Below are positions 63,584 through 64,000 of a stretch of DNA of 64,000 bases, one piece after another; within the stretch, counting starts at the first letter, position 1, and every line of letters starts with the position of its first letter. The notes under the pieces are model-generated. The model saw only the letters and a list, made by a program, of their open reading frames with translations. It made no database searches and had not been told where the DNA came from. Both the position numbers and the translations under genes were made by a program. Source of the stretch: Planctomycetota bacterium (GTDB lineage Bacteria > Planctomycetota > B15-G4); contig CBDFJQ010000002.1 of the NCBI GenBank assembly GCA_965248575.1, positions 1,568,001 to 1,632,000 of the forward strand. Reading direction: 5' to 3'.

Positions 63584-64000
63584 ATGCCGAACTCCATCAG
63601 CAGGATCCCCCTTCCCGTCAACGAACCCGTGCGGACCTACGCCCCGGGCAGCCCCGAACGCGCCTCCATCCGCAGCGTGCTGAGAACAGCACGCGGTGAG
63701 ACGGTCGACATCCCGCTGGTCATCGGTGGGAAGGAGATCCGCACCGGCGAGACCTTCCAGGTCACGGAGCCCCACGACCACCAGCACGTGATCGCCACGG
63801 GCCATTCCGGAAACGCCGAGTCCGTCGCCCTGGCGACGGCGGCAGCGGCCGACGCCGCCCATGATTGGGCCACGATGGACTTCGACGACCGGGCGGCGAT
63901 CTTCCTGCGCGCCGCCGATCTGCTCGCCGGCCCTTGGCGCGACCGTGTCAACGCCACCACCATGCTGGGCCAGAGCAAGACGGTGGTGCAGGCCGAGATC
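63584..64000 (+). CDS. pruA: 1-pyrroline-5-carboxylate (L-glutamate gamma-semialdehyde) dehydrogenase, 5' part
   Basis: Not in the ORF track; manual translation MPNSISRIPLPVNEPVRTYAPGSPER...RAAIFLRAADLLAGPWR...ATTMLGQSKTVVQAEI. Confidence 0.92.
   Translation, partial: MPNSISRIPLPVNEPVRTYAPGSPERASIRSVLRTARGETVDIPLVIGGKEIRTGETFQVTEPHDHQHVIATGHSGNAESVALATAAAADAAHDWATMDFDDRAAIFLRAADLLAGPWRDRVNATTMLGQSKTVVQAEI

Overview
A GC-rich, gene-dense bacterial chromosome segment, most likely from a Planctomycetota (PVC superphylum) genome; the main evidence is a PVC-signature small basic protein gene. From left to right: (1) a KirBac potassium channel divergent from a GH5 mannanase; (2) an ~8.6 kb minus-strand respiratory operon encoding a tetraheme cytochrome c, an NrfC/DsrO-like Fe-S protein, an NrfD/DsrP membrane subunit, an octaheme epsilon-Hao-type protein, an unknown-domain/NapD fusion, NapA and a duplicated tetraheme NapB, with a divergent AlgE-like porin; (3) an ~18 kb Wzm/Wzt surface-glycan cluster with 8 glycosyltransferases, 2 PIG-L deacetylases, 2 GNATs and an embedded nhaA; (4) housekeeping genes (ROK kinase, degenerate sulfatase, der, queE, aminotransferase, sbp); (5) a Ser/Thr kinase operon divergent from a D2-only Clp ATPase; (6) GT-C/GT2, PhyH, DJ-1 and a MoaD-like/BNR-propeller pair; (7) three microcompartment vertex (EutN/CcmL) genes interleaved with an ABC exporter, followed by a class II aldolase; (8) a secreted protein divergent from an uncharacterised regulator-like gene; (9) pgi, an RND transporter and a partial pruA. 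I saw no rRNA, tRNA, CRISPR array or transposase. The best candidates for novelty are the Nap/epsilon-Hao/NrfCD operon and the BMC-P/ABC locus. All family calls come from motif recognition by eye, not database searches, and many start codons were trimmed by hand from the ORF track.
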